Below, piece by piece: positions 41,717 to 50,400 of a stretch of 64,000 bases of DNA. The stretch spans positions 12,106-76,105 of the forward strand of contig VGZV01000002.1 in the NCBI GenBank assembly GCA_016872385.1, written 5' to 3'. Numbering within the stretch: position 1 is the stretch's first letter; each line of letters begins with the position of its first letter. The position numbers were made by a program, and so were the translations under genes. This DNA is from SAR202 cluster bacterium (GTDB taxonomy: Bacteria; Chloroflexota; Dehalococcoidia; Lucifugimonadales; UBA3495). The notes beneath the pieces are model-generated. The model did no database searches. It was not told the origin of the DNA and saw only the letters and a list, made by a program, of their open reading frames with translations.

Positions 41717-43170
41717 TGGCCGAGGTCAAGACCAGGGAGTTCAACCGCGCCTCCAGCCTATCCATCCAGGACCCGCAACTGCGGCGCGCCCTGCAGAAAG
41801 TGGGCACCGGTTTTGACGCCGCCCGCCGGGAAAACATAGTGGAGGTCACTCCTGAAGTTTGGGAGCAGTGGCGGGAGCGGGCCAGGCAAATCAAGCTGCA
41901 CACCCTTGACCGCCTGGACTACTACCTGGACTTGCTGGAACAGCGGGTGTCCCAGGCAGGCGGACAGGTACACTTCGCCAAGGACGCCGCCGAGGCCAAG
42001 GCCATCGTTTCGGCCATAGTGCAGCGCAACCAGGTGCGCATGGCGGTCAAAAGCAAGTCCATGGTGTCCGAGGAACTGGGCCTGAATAGGGTGCTGGAAT
42101 CCCTGGGTGTGGAGGTGTACGAAACCGACCTGGGGGAATACATCATTCAGTTGGCCGGTGAGACCCCTTCCCACCTGGTGGCCCCCGCGCTGCACAAGAC
42201 CAAGGAGCAGGTTTCCCAACTGTTTGCCCAGAAGCTGGGAGTCCCCCCAACCTCTGATATTGAGGCTATGGCTCGGGTAGCGCGGGAAGTGCTGCGCCAG
42301 AAGTTCCTCCAAGCGGACCTGGGCATTTCCGGAGCTAATTTTCTGGTGGCGGAGACCGGCACGCTGGTGATAATCACCAACGAAGGCAATGGCCGCCTGT
42401 GCACTTCTGCGCCGCGCATTCACATTGGCATTACCGGCATGGAGAAAGTCATACCCTCTCTGCAGGACCTGGCGGTGTTTCTGCGGTTGCTGCCCCGTTC
42501 CGCCACCGGCCAGCGCTTGACCAGCTACGTCAGCATGGTCAGCGGCCCCCGGCGCTCCGAGGATGAGGACGGGCCAGAACAGTTCCACCTGGTGCTGGTG
42601 GACAACGGCCGCTCCCGCCTGCTGAAAGACCCAGACCTGCGGGAAGCGCTGTGCTGCATCCGCTGCGGCGCGTGCCTGAACATCTGCCCCGTGTACCAGA
42701 AAGTGGGCGGCCACGCCTATGGCTGGGTGTATCCCGGCCCCATCGGCGCGGTGGTGACACCGGCATTGACTGGCCTAAAAGACGCCAAGGACTTGCCCAG
42801 GGCGTCCAGCCTGTGCGGCGCGTGCCGCGAGGCGTGCCCCGTGAAGATTAACCTGCCCCGTATGTTGTTGCACCTGCGCCAGCAGCTGGTGGAGAGCCGG
42901 GACCCCCAGCAGCGGGCAGAGGACGGGGGAGAGAAGCTATTGGCCCAGGGCTACGCGGCGATGATGGGACGGCCCGATCTGCTGGGACTGGCCCGCGGGA
43001 TAGGACGCGTCCTGCAGGCTCCTTGGGAGAAGCAGGGCAAACTGGAAAAAGTCCCGGCTCCACCGCTATCCCTATGGACCCGCAGCCGGGACTTGCCCTC
43101 CCTGGCGCCGCGCACGTTCCACGACATCTGGGAGAAGGAACTTTCCCGTGCCCCTGAGGTACAGCGCTGA
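41716..43170 (+). CDS. lutB: L-lactate utilisation protein LutB (4Fe-4S binding)
   Basis: ATG overlaps the lutA stop (TAATG). Cluster motifs CIRCGACLNICPVY and CGACREACPVKI. Confidence 0.9.
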   Translation: MAEVKTREFNRASSLSIQDPQLRRALQKVGTGFDAARRENIVEVTPEVWEQWRERARQIKLHTLDRLDYYLDLLEQRVSQAGGQVHFAKDAAEAKAIVSAIVQRNQVRMAVKSKSMVSEELGLNRVLESLGVEVYETDLGEYIIQLAGETPSHLVAPALHKTKEQVSQLFAQKLGVPPTSDIEAMARVAREVLRQKFLQADLGISGANFLVAETGTLVIITNEGNGRLCTSAPRIHIGITGMEKVIPSLQDLAVFLRLLPRSATGQRLTSYVSMVSGPRRSEDEDGPEQFHLVLVDNGRSRLLKDPDLREALCCIRCGACLNICPVYQKVGGHAYGWVYPGPIGAVVTPALTGLKDAKDLPRASSLCGACREACPVKINLPRMLLHLRQQLVESRDPQQRAEDGGEKLLAQGYAAMMGRPDLLGLARGIGRVLQAPWEKQGKLEKVPAPPLSLWTRSRDLPSLAPRTFHDIWEKELSRAPEVQR

Positions 43171-43171
43171 A

Positions 43172-43921
43172 ATGGCAGACGCTGGTTTTCCAGGCACCCC
43201 TAAAGCCCAGTTTCTTGGAGCAGTCCGCCAGGCGCTGGGCCGGGTGAGCGATGCGGCGCAGATCCCTTACGGCAGCGCCGTCGGCGACCCCGTTGAACTG
43301 GAACGGCAAGCCGCAGAAGCCCGGCAGCGCATCGCCAGCCGCCAGCGGGAATTGCTGGAACAGTTCGCCGCCACGGCTGCCCTGCGGAGTTGGAAAGTGT
43401 TCCGCGCCCCAGCATTGGAGGACGCCCTGGGCTATGTAACTTCCCTGGCTGTCGCCCTGAGTGCCAGCAAAGTAGTGCGTTCAAACCAGGAAGTGTTTGC
43501 AGAATTGGCGGTGGACGCAGCCCTCCAACACCGGGGCGTCCAGGTAATTCCAGTGGCGCAAAGCGCAGGGCGGGACCGCGCCCAGCTGCGGGAAGAGATG
43601 GCATCGACGGCCATGGGCATCACGGGCGCGGACTACGCCGTGGCCGAGACTGGTTCGGTAGTGGTGCTGCCCCGGCGCGGTCTTAGCCGCCTGGTGTCGG
43701 TGGTGCCGCCAGTGCATGTGGCCCTGGTGCGGCCTCAAGAAGTGGTCGCCAGCCTGGACGACGTATTCTTGCTGCGCCGCCTGGAGTACTACCGCCGGGG
43801 CGGCGACATGGGCAGCTACCTGAACTTTATCACCGGCCCCAGCCGCACCGCAGACATTGAACAAACCCTGGTGGTGGGCGTCCACGGCCCCAAAGAAGTG
43901 CACCTGGTGCTCTTGGGGTAA
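43172..43921 (+). CDS. lutC: L-lactate utilisation protein LutC (LUD domain)
   Basis: Start taken at MADAGFPG, 1 nt after the lutB stop. LUD-domain motif GADYAVAETGSVVV. Confidence 0.8.
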   Translation: MADAGFPGTPKAQFLGAVRQALGRVSDAAQIPYGSAVGDPVELERQAAEARQRIASRQRELLEQFAATAALRSWKVFRAPALEDALGYVTSLAVALSASKVVRSNQEVFAELAVDAALQHRGVQVIPVAQSAGRDRAQLREEMASTAMGITGADYAVAETGSVVVLPRRGLSRLVSVVPPVHVALVRPQEVVASLDDVFLLRRLEYYRRGGDMGSYLNFITGPSRTADIEQTLVVGVHGPKEVHLVLLG

Positions 43922-43957
43922 AATAGATTCAGGAACTGGAAGGGCAAGGAGGAACAT

Positions 43958-44299
43958 ATGCCCATGCGCGTGGGCTTCATCCAATTTCGTAAGCAGATGC
44001 TGGAACGGGAACTGACCGGTATCAAGGAGTTGCTGCCCAGCCTGGGCCTGGAGAAGGTCATTCTCACCGGCGACATGGCGACGGGTAAGTACCAGCCAGA
44101 CAGCCGCATTGAGTTGATTGTGGTGCAAAAGACTCAGGCCGCCTTTGGGCGCCGGGCCGACTTCTTCTTCTACCACCTGGACAGCGCTGTAGCTGTGGAC
44201 TCTCAAGTCTATACCCCAGAAGAGTTTGAATGCCTCAAGGACACTTTGCCCGCCCTGCGGCAAGCCTGTGAGAAAGGAATGGTGATATTTAGTGCCTGA
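43958..44299 (+). CDS. minimal nucleotidyltransferase (MNT)-like protein, HEPN partner
   Basis: [30 protein letters not shown] occupies the GS-x-G...SD-x-D position, but the acidic pair is degenerate (SRIE). Confidence 0.55.
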   Translation: MPMRVGFIQFRKQMLERELTGIKELLPSLGLEKVILTGDMATGKYQPDSRIELIVVQKTQAAFGRRADFFFYHLDSAVAVDSQVYTPEEFECLKDTLPALRQACEKGMVIFSA

Positions 44300-44693
44300 A
44301 CACAAATCCGAGGGCCTGCGCTGGCTGCGCCAGGCTGAACAGGACCTGGACGACGCCGAGTTTCTGCGGGATGGGCAACGGTTTAACCTGTCCTGCTTTC
44401 TGAGCCAGCAGGCGGCAGAAAAGGCCGTGAAAGCGTATTTGTATCACCGGGGGGCCGAGGACGTTTGGGGCCACTCCCTGGCTGACCTTTGCGAAGACGC
44501 CAAACTCTTTGAGCTATTTTTTGATACGGTGAAGAGTGAAGCCCGCCAACTGGACAAATACTATGAAATCACCCGCTATCCCAGCTTCCTGCCCGGCGGC
44601 ATCCCCTCAGAAGCCTTCGAGCGGGTGGACTCTGACCGGGCCATCGAACTGGCTATGGTAGTAGTCCAGTTTGTGCGGGAGCGGGTGCAGTAA
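44292..44693 (+). CDS. HEPN domain protein
   Basis: GTG start overlaps the MNT stop by 8 nt. [15 protein letters not shown]..., [10 protein letters not shown] and C-terminal [12 protein letters not shown] are typical of MNT-associated HEPN proteins. Confidence 0.7.
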   Translation: MPEHKSEGLRWLRQAEQDLDDAEFLRDGQRFNLSCFLSQQAAEKAVKAYLYHRGAEDVWGHSLADLCEDAKLFELFFDTVKSEARQLDKYYEITRYPSFLPGGIPSEAFERVDSDRAIELAMVVVQFVRERVQ

Positions 44694-44733
44694 GTAATAA
44701 CGGCATTGGCGCCGTGTAAATGACCCTGGAGCT

Positions 44734-44991
44734 ATGCAAGCCATGACTCTTAAAGAAGAACTCCATCACCTGGTGGATGAACTTCCCAACAGGGAACTGC
44801 ACGCCGCCAAACGGTTCCTGGAGTACCTGCGGAACATGGGCGATCCATTCCTGCAGGCTCTTGAAGAAGCCCCTTAGGATAACGAGCCAACCACCCCAGA
44901 GGAGGACGAGGGCGCAAAGGAAGCGTGGAAGGAATATTTGAGGGGGGAGTTCGTCTCCGCTGAAGAAGCTAAGCGCGACCTATTGTCTTGA
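44734..44991 (+). pseudogene. RelB/ParD-like antitoxin remnant with in-frame TAG at 44875-44877
   Basis: MQAMTLKEELHHLVDELPNRELHAAKRFLEYLRNMGDPFLQALEEAP-TAG-DNEPTTPEEDEGAKEAWKEYLRGEFVSAEEAKRDLLS. The frame is continuous. Confidence 0.5.
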
Positions 44992-45250
44992 CCGAGGCCT
45001 GGAGCCACGTTCTCACAGCGCAGGCCAGGCACGATATGCGAAGGCTAGACATGGCTGTACGCCAACGAATCTTCGCTGCTCTCGACCATATGTCAGCCAG
45101 CGGCGGGGTGACGTAGCGAAGCTGCATAGTTCGGGCGAAGAATGGCGGTTGCGTGTCGGTGAATTCCGTATCCGGTTTCGCAGAGATCCCACTGAGAGGT
45201 CCGTCATCGTCCTTCGAGTACTGCCCCGCAGCCAAGCTTACCGCAGTTAA
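44988..45250 (+). pseudogene. RelE/ParE-family toxin remnant, frameshifted
   Basis: TTG overlaps the antitoxin stop (TTGA). ..WSHVLTAQARHDMRRLDMAVRQRIFAALDHMSASGG is followed, after the GGGG run near 45098, by a second frame reading GDVAKLHSSGEEWRLRVGEFRIRFRRDPTERSVIVLRVLPRSQAYRS. Confidence 0.55.
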
Positions 45251-45281
45251 TGCGACAAATTAGACCGCATTGCCCAGCTTA

Positions 45282-46427
45282 TCAGGACGGGAGACGCACC
45301 TTCATCAGCCGCAAGGCCCGCTCTGCGGCGCCCGCCAGCAGTTCCTCCGCCCGGGCCAGGCTCTGCTCGTAGGTCATGGGCCGGTCGGCAATGCACATGA
45401 TGCCGGCGATGCCGTGCTGGTACAGCTCTTCGTAGCCCGTGCCCAGGCTGCCGGCCAGCAAAATGGTGGGGACGCCCAGGGCATTAGCGCGGCGGGCCAC
45501 GCCCACCGGAGCCTTGTCAAAGATGCTGGAGTGGTCCGCCCGGCCCTCGCCGGTAATGACCAGGCTGGCCCCCGGCAGATGCTGGTCAAAGTTAATTACA
45601 TCACAGACCATGTCAATGCCGGAGCGCAGCTCCGCACCAGCAAAGGCCAGCAGCCCGGCACCCAGACCACCCGCAGCCCCTGCCCGGGGCCGCTCCAGCA
45701 CCGGTAGCCCTGTATCCCGTTCCACCACCTGGGCGAAATTGGCCAGGGCGGCGTCCAGTTCCGCCACCACCTCTGGCGAAGCGCCCTTCTGCGGGCCGTA
45801 AACCGCCGATGCTCCCGTGGGGCCGCATAAAGGATTGGTCACATCGGTGGCGCCAATAACCTCCGCCTTGTCCAAGCCGGGGTGCCGCTCGGACAGGTCA
45901 ATGCGGGCCAGGCGGGCCAGGGCAGCGCCGCCGTTGGCCAAGGGGTGCCCCCTGGCGTCCAGGAACTTTACGCCCAGGGCGGCGGCCATGCCGGCGCCGC
46001 CATCGTTGGTGGCGCTGCCCCCCAGTCCCACAATTATCCTGGTGTACCCCCGGTCCAGGGCCTCCTTGATAATCTCGCCCGTTCCCCGGGTAGTGGCAAC
46101 TCGCGGGTTTCTCCGGCGGGGTGTCAGCAGCGCCAGGCCGGAGGCCCGGGCCATCTCAATGACCGCAGTGCGGCCGTCGCCCATGACTCCCCAAAGGGCT
46201 TCCACCGGCTGGCCGACCGGGCCGGTAACCACGGTCCGGAAGGTCTCGCCATTGGTGCCGTCCACCAGGGCGTTCAAGGTGCCATCGCCGCCGTCAGCCA
46301 CCGGCAGCAACACTGTCTGCGCGTCAGGTTCAGCCGCCTGCACGCCCTTGGCAATGGCCCTGGCCGCTTCCAGGGCAGAAACACTGCCTTTGAAGCTCTG
46401 GGGAGAGACCAGTATCTTCTTTTGCAT
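45282..46427 (-). CDS. glycerate kinase
   Basis: 381 aa. LPVADGGDGT, GGSATNDGGAGM and ITGEGRADHSSIFDKAPVGVA are typical of GlxK/GarK. Confidence 0.9.
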   Translation of the reverse strand: MQKKILVSPQSFKGSVSALEAARAIAKGVQAAEPDAQTVLLPVADGGDGTLNALVDGTNGETFRTVVTGPVGQPVEALWGVMGDGRTAVIEMARASGLALLTPRRRNPRVATTRGTGEIIKEALDRGYTRIIVGLGGSATNDGGAGMAAALGVKFLDARGHPLANGGAALARLARIDLSERHPGLDKAEVIGATDVTNPLCGPTGASAVYGPQKGASPEVVAELDAALANFAQVVERDTGLPVLERPRAGAAGGLGAGLLAFAGAELRSGIDMVCDVINFDQHLPGASLVITGEGRADHSSIFDKAPVGVARRANALGVPTILLAGSLGTGYEELYQHGIAGIMCIADRPMTYEQSLARAEELLAGAAERALRLMKVRLPS

Positions 46428-46471
46428 AGTCCAGGTATTATACTCCGGCCATACCCAATTGCTCAGACCTT

Positions 46472-46480
46472 TGCTACAAT
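46472..46480 (+). promoter_or_regulatory. extended -10 candidate (TGcTACAAT) upstream of the first M20 gene
   Basis: 64 nt before ATG 46544. Same 9-mer as at 38054. Confidence 0.35.
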
Positions 46481-46543
46481 CGGGTAGTCCCGGCGGGTAG
46501 GCCCGCCCAGGCGTATTCCCAGCATATCCTCAGGAGTTGCATC

Positions 46544-47875
46544 ATGGCTTCCAGGGAAGAAATTAAACAACGGGCTTTTGCCGCCATTGACTCCCACGCC
46601 GATGAGATTGTGGGCGCAGCCCAGACCATTCTGGCCAACCCGGAACCCGGTTTTCGGGAAGTCAAAACGTCGCGCCTGGTGGCGGGCAAGTTTGCCGAGT
46701 GGGGCATCCCTTTCAAAGCAGGCCTGGCCCTGACCGGAGTGCGGGGAGAATTGGTAGGAGGCAGCGCCGGACCTGCCCTGGCCCTGCTGGGCGAGCTGGA
46801 CTCCCTGATAGTCCAGGAACACCCCCACGCCGATGCGCAGACCGGCGCGGCCCACGCCTGCGGCCACCACTGCCAGATTGGTATGCTTTTGGGAGCTGCC
46901 GTGGCGCTGATGCAGCCGGACGTGCTGCCCCAGTTGAGCGGGCGCATCGTGCTGATGGCGGTGCCTGCCGAGGAGTACATTGAGATTGAATACCGGGACT
47001 CTTTGCGGCGGGCGGGCAAGCTGGAGTTCCTGGGGGGCAAGCCGGAGCTGGTGCGGCTAGGCGAGTTCGACGACGTGGACCTGGCCATGATGATGCACAC
47101 CACCAGCTCCAAAGAAGAAGGCCAAATCTGCATCAGCGGCACCAACAACGGCACCGTCGCCAAGAAGATTACCTTCATTGGCCGCGGCGCTCATGCCGGC
47201 GGCTCTCCCCACCTGGGCATTAACGCCCTCAACGCAGCCACTCTGGCCCTCACCGCCATCCATTACAACCGGGAGACCTTCCGGGACGAGGACACCATCC
47301 GGGTCCATCCCATTATCACCAAAGGCGGTGAGGCGGTCAGCGCCGTTCCCTCGGACGTGCGGATGGAGACCTTTGTCCGCGGCCGCACCATTGACGCCAT
47401 CATGGATGCTAACCGAAAGGTGGACCGGGCGCTGCGGGCTGGTTCTCTGGCGGTGGGCGCCAAGGTCAACATCCAGACTATTCCAGGATACCTGCCGCTC
47501 AAACAAGACCGTGTAATGAACCAGGTGTTTGAAGCCAATGCCGCCGCCCTGGTGGGTGGCAGCAACGTGGGCCATGTGTCCCACCGCACCGGCTCCACAG
47601 ATATGGGGGACATCAGCCACCTGATGCCTTCCATCCACCCCTACGTGGGAGGGGCCACCGGCCTGGGGCACGGCGCCAATTATGTGGTGGAGGACTACCG
47701 TCTGGCCGTCATCACCGCCGCCAAGGCTCTGGCCGCCACTGCGGTGGACTTGCTGGCCGATGGTGCGGCGAAAGCTAGCCAGGTAATTGCAGGCCACCGG
47801 CCAGAGATGACCCGCGCCGAGTACCTGCGGTTCATGCGCAGCCTGGCCAAAGACCAGACCTTTGAGGCGGAGTAG
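46544..47875 (+). CDS. M20-family amidohydrolase (AbgB-like), copy 1
   Basis: 443 aa. AAHACGHHCQIGMLLG metal-binding motif and GSTDMGD. Confidence 0.75.
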   Translation: MASREEIKQRAFAAIDSHADEIVGAAQTILANPEPGFREVKTSRLVAGKFAEWGIPFKAGLALTGVRGELVGGSAGPALALLGELDSLIVQEHPHADAQTGAAHACGHHCQIGMLLGAAVALMQPDVLPQLSGRIVLMAVPAEEYIEIEYRDSLRRAGKLEFLGGKPELVRLGEFDDVDLAMMMHTTSSKEEGQICISGTNNGTVAKKITFIGRGAHAGGSPHLGINALNAATLALTAIHYNRETFRDEDTIRVHPIITKGGEAVSAVPSDVRMETFVRGRTIDAIMDANRKVDRALRAGSLAVGAKVNIQTIPGYLPLKQDRVMNQVFEANAAALVGGSNVGHVSHRTGSTDMGDISHLMPSIHPYVGGATGLGHGANYVVEDYRLAVITAAKALAATAVDLLADGAAKASQVIAGHRPEMTRAEYLRFMRSLAKDQTFEAE

Positions 47876-47881
47876 AGGACT

Positions 47882-49225
47882 ATGCCCGACCGCCAGGAAC
47901 TCAAGCAACGGGCTTGCGCTGCAATTGAGGCGCAGCGCCAGCAAATTGTGGACATTGCCAAAGCAGTGCTGTCCAATCCTGAACCTGGATTCAGGGAACA
48001 GAAGACCGCCCGCCTGGTGACTCAAAAGTTCCAGGAATTGGGAATTACGCCCCGACAGGGGTTGGCAATCACCGGCGTTAAAGGGCGTGTCAGAGGGGGC
48101 GCCGGGCTGGGGCCTCGGGTGGCCTTGCTAGGGGAGCTAGACTCCCTCATAGTCAACGACCATCCCCACGCCGACCCGCAAACCGGCGCTGCCCATGCCT
48201 GCGGCCACCACTGCCAGATTGGCATGATGCTGGGCGCACTCATCGGCTTGCACACCCCAGAAGTGCTCAGGCACCTGTCTGGCGAAATTGTGCCCTTTGC
48301 GGTGCCCGCAGAAGAGTTCATTGAGGTGGAGCGGCGGCTGCAACTGCGCGCTGAGAGACAGGTCGAGTTCCTGGGCGGGAAGCAAGAACTTATTCGCTTG
48401 GGCGAGTTTGATGATGTTGACGTCGCCGTGATGTGCCACACCGCCAGCGACATGAACGAGCACAAATTCGCGGTGGGCGGTACTAGCAACGGGCACGTGG
48501 TCAAGTACGTGCAGTTCACGGGCTTGGGCGCCCATGCCGGGGCCGCTCCCCACCGGGGCATCAATGCACTGAACGCAGCGTCCTTCGCTATCCAGGCCAT
48601 GCACGCTAACCGGGAGACCTTTCAGGAAGAAGATATCCCCCGGGTGCACGGCATCATGACCCGCGGCGGCGAAGCGGTGAACGCCGTCCCTGCCGATGTG
48701 CGGCTGGAGTGGCGGGTGCGTTCCGCCAGCCCAGCGGCGGTGGCGCGCAACTCGGCAGTAGTGGACCGCTGTCTCAAATCAGGCGCGCTGGCCGTGGGGG
48801 CGTCGGTGAAGATTACCAACATTCCTGGCTACCTGCCCATGCGCAACGACCAGCGGCTGCAAGACCTGTTTGTGGATAATGCCGCCCAGGTTGTGGGCAA
48901 ATCCAGCACTTTGATTATCCCCGCGCGGCGCAACCGCGGCGGCTCCACGGATATGGGCGACCTGAGCCAGTTGCTGCCGGTATGTCATCCCTACGTGGCG
49001 GGAGCCGTGGGGGCAGGCCACAGCAAAGACTACCTGATTACCGACTACCAGGCGGCCGTGGTGAATCCGGCCAAAATCATGGCGATGGTAGTAATTGACC
49101 TGCTGGCCGATGGCGCAGCCAAGGGCAAGGAAGTAATTCAGGAGCACCGGGCGGCGCTGTCCAAGGCGGCCTACCTGCGGCTCCAAAGGGACCTGGCCCA
49201 GGTGGTGGACTACCGGGGAGAGTGA
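47882..49225 (+). CDS. M20-family amidohydrolase (AbgB-like), copy 2 (tandem paralogue)
   Basis: 447 aa, collinear with copy 1 over its full length (identical AAHACGHHCQIGM, LGELDSLIV, RLGEFDDVD, GSTDMGD). Confidence 0.75.
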   Translation: MPDRQELKQRACAAIEAQRQQIVDIAKAVLSNPEPGFREQKTARLVTQKFQELGITPRQGLAITGVKGRVRGGAGLGPRVALLGELDSLIVNDHPHADPQTGAAHACGHHCQIGMMLGALIGLHTPEVLRHLSGEIVPFAVPAEEFIEVERRLQLRAERQVEFLGGKQELIRLGEFDDVDVAVMCHTASDMNEHKFAVGGTSNGHVVKYVQFTGLGAHAGAAPHRGINALNAASFAIQAMHANRETFQEEDIPRVHGIMTRGGEAVNAVPADVRLEWRVRSASPAAVARNSAVVDRCLKSGALAVGASVKITNIPGYLPMRNDQRLQDLFVDNAAQVVGKSSTLIIPARRNRGGSTDMGDLSQLLPVCHPYVAGAVGAGHSKDYLITDYQAAVVNPAKIMAMVVIDLLADGAAKGKEVIQEHRAALSKAAYLRLQRDLAQVVDYRGE

Positions 49226-49343
49226 GGCGGGAATTGCCGGCCTATCATCCGCTCAAGGTTCAATGGGTTCACACCAGCGGCTACTTGCCATACTGATCCT
49301 TGGAGCAGTCACCTAGAGGGTAGTGGATCAATTTGGTCTTTGT

Positions 49344-49422
49344 CGTTCCGGCTTGCGCCGGAACCCAGTGGTGCATCTCATCCGTATCCTTTCCTGGGCA
49401 CCCCGACTCATTGGGGTGCGAC
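49344..49422. repeat. composite repeat: family D hairpin (TTCCGGCTTGCGCCGGAA) plus family E hairpin (GGGCACCCCGA...TGGGGTGCGAC)
   Basis: D at 49344-49366, a spacer of about 30 nt, E at 49396-49422. The mirror-image copy is at 50044-50126. Confidence 0.65.
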
Positions 49423-49539
49423 GGATGGCGCCTGAGCAAACTTGACCTACTGCCACCTAAAGGGTTGTCTTGTGGGCCACTTCGGCCACAGCTATAATGG
49501 CCCTGAGTTAAGACCCAAACTGGCAAGGCGGGAGGCAAC

Positions 49540-49890
49540 ATGATTGCGTTGATAGTGACCATCAACATCAAGCCGGGGTTCAAGCAGCAGTTCATGGAAT
49601 CCATGATGGGCGACGCCCGGGGATCCAACGAGGACGAGCCAGGGTGCATGCAGTTTGACGTGCTCCAGGACAATGAGGACGCTAACCGCATCCACCTGTA
49701 CGAAGTGTACAAGGACCAAGCGGCCCTGGATGCGCACCGCGCCGCTCCGCACTACACCAAGTGGCGGGAAACGGTGAAGGAATGGTTTGCCACTGAGAAC
49801 GTACGCCGGGTGGCTACCCCAGTGTATCCGGCAGAGAAGGACTGGAAGAAGCGGACCACCGGCAGTTCCCGACCGCGCGCCAGCCGGTAG
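49540..49890 (+). CDS. antibiotic-biosynthesis-monooxygenase (ABM) domain protein
   Basis: IALIVTINIKPG...GCMQFDVLQD...IHLYEVYKDQAALDAHRAAPHY matches the ABM/quinol monooxygenase pattern. TATAAT at 49493-49498 and GGGAGG SD. Confidence 0.75.
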   Translation: MIALIVTINIKPGFKQQFMESMMGDARGSNEDEPGCMQFDVLQDNEDANRIHLYEVYKDQAALDAHRAAPHYTKWRETVKEWFATENVRRVATPVYPAEKDWKKRTTGSSRPRASR

Positions 49891-49946
49891 GCACTTTCCA
49901 CCAACCTCAATCCAAGGCAGACCACTAAGTGCCTATCCCAAAAATT

Positions 49947-49974
49947 CACCGCCGAGTACGCGGAGACCGCTGAG
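49947..49974. repeat. short repeat, family G (CACCGCCGAGTACGCGGAGACCGCTGAG)
   Basis: Inverted, slightly longer copy at 50149-50178. Partial copy (ACGCGGAGACCGCC) at 7327-7340. Confidence 0.55.
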
Positions 49975-50043
49975 ATAAACGGAAACCAATAAAACTCTCC
50001 GGTACTGGTTCAGTTTGTCTCGTAAATAAGGAAGAAGTTGCTC

Positions 50044-50126
50044 GTCGCACCCCGACAAGTCGGGGTGCCCAGATACAGAATAGATACAGTTCTCTACTGG
50101 ATTCCGGCTTCCGCCGGAATGACGGG
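50044..50126. repeat. composite repeat E + D, inverted relative to 49344-49422
   Basis: GTCGCACCCCGACAAGTCGGGGTGCCC (50044-50070), a spacer of about 30 nt, CTGGATTCCGGCTTCCGCCGGAATGACGGG (50097-50126). Confidence 0.65.
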
Positions 50127-50224
50127 TTTCAAACTGAACCAGTGCCAACTCTCCGCGTCCCTTGCGCTCTCGGCGGTTATTAGGATAGGCTCTAAGAGGG
50201 TGCCTAAAAAGGCTAGGCGCTCGT

Positions 50225-50296
50225 GGTTCGACAGGCTCACCACGAGCGGTCCTTCAGCCGAAGGACGCTCACCCTGAGCTTGTCGAAGGGTGAGCG
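50225..50296. repeat. family A inverted pair
   Basis: GGTTCGACAGGCTCACCACGAGCGG ... CTCACCCTGAGCTTGTCGAAGGGTGAGCG. Confidence 0.65.
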
Positions 50297-50328
50297 CTGG
50301 TAGTGCACAGCACTTTTTAAACACGCTC

Positions 50329-50372
50329 TAAAAGGGCAGGCGCATCTCCCATAGTGAGAGAGTGCCTGCCCC
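50329..50372 (-). terminator. intrinsic terminator after minE
   Basis: On the minus strand, GGGCAGGC (22-nt loop) GCCTGCCC is followed by TTTTA, 30 nt past the minE stop. Confidence 0.6.
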
Positions 50373-50400
50373 TTTCATGCCACCGCCATTCCTGGCATGG

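Noticed and set aside
29701-44877. Possible reassignment of TAG (pyrrolysine or another sense reading) suggested by two in-frame TAG codons in small genes.
   Set aside because: TAG is used as a normal terminator by well-defined genes here (trxB at 717-719, the VOC gene at 1295-1297, the 32-aa zinc-ribbon ORF). No pyl genes were seen, and both affected genes are TA-like accessory genes prone to decay.
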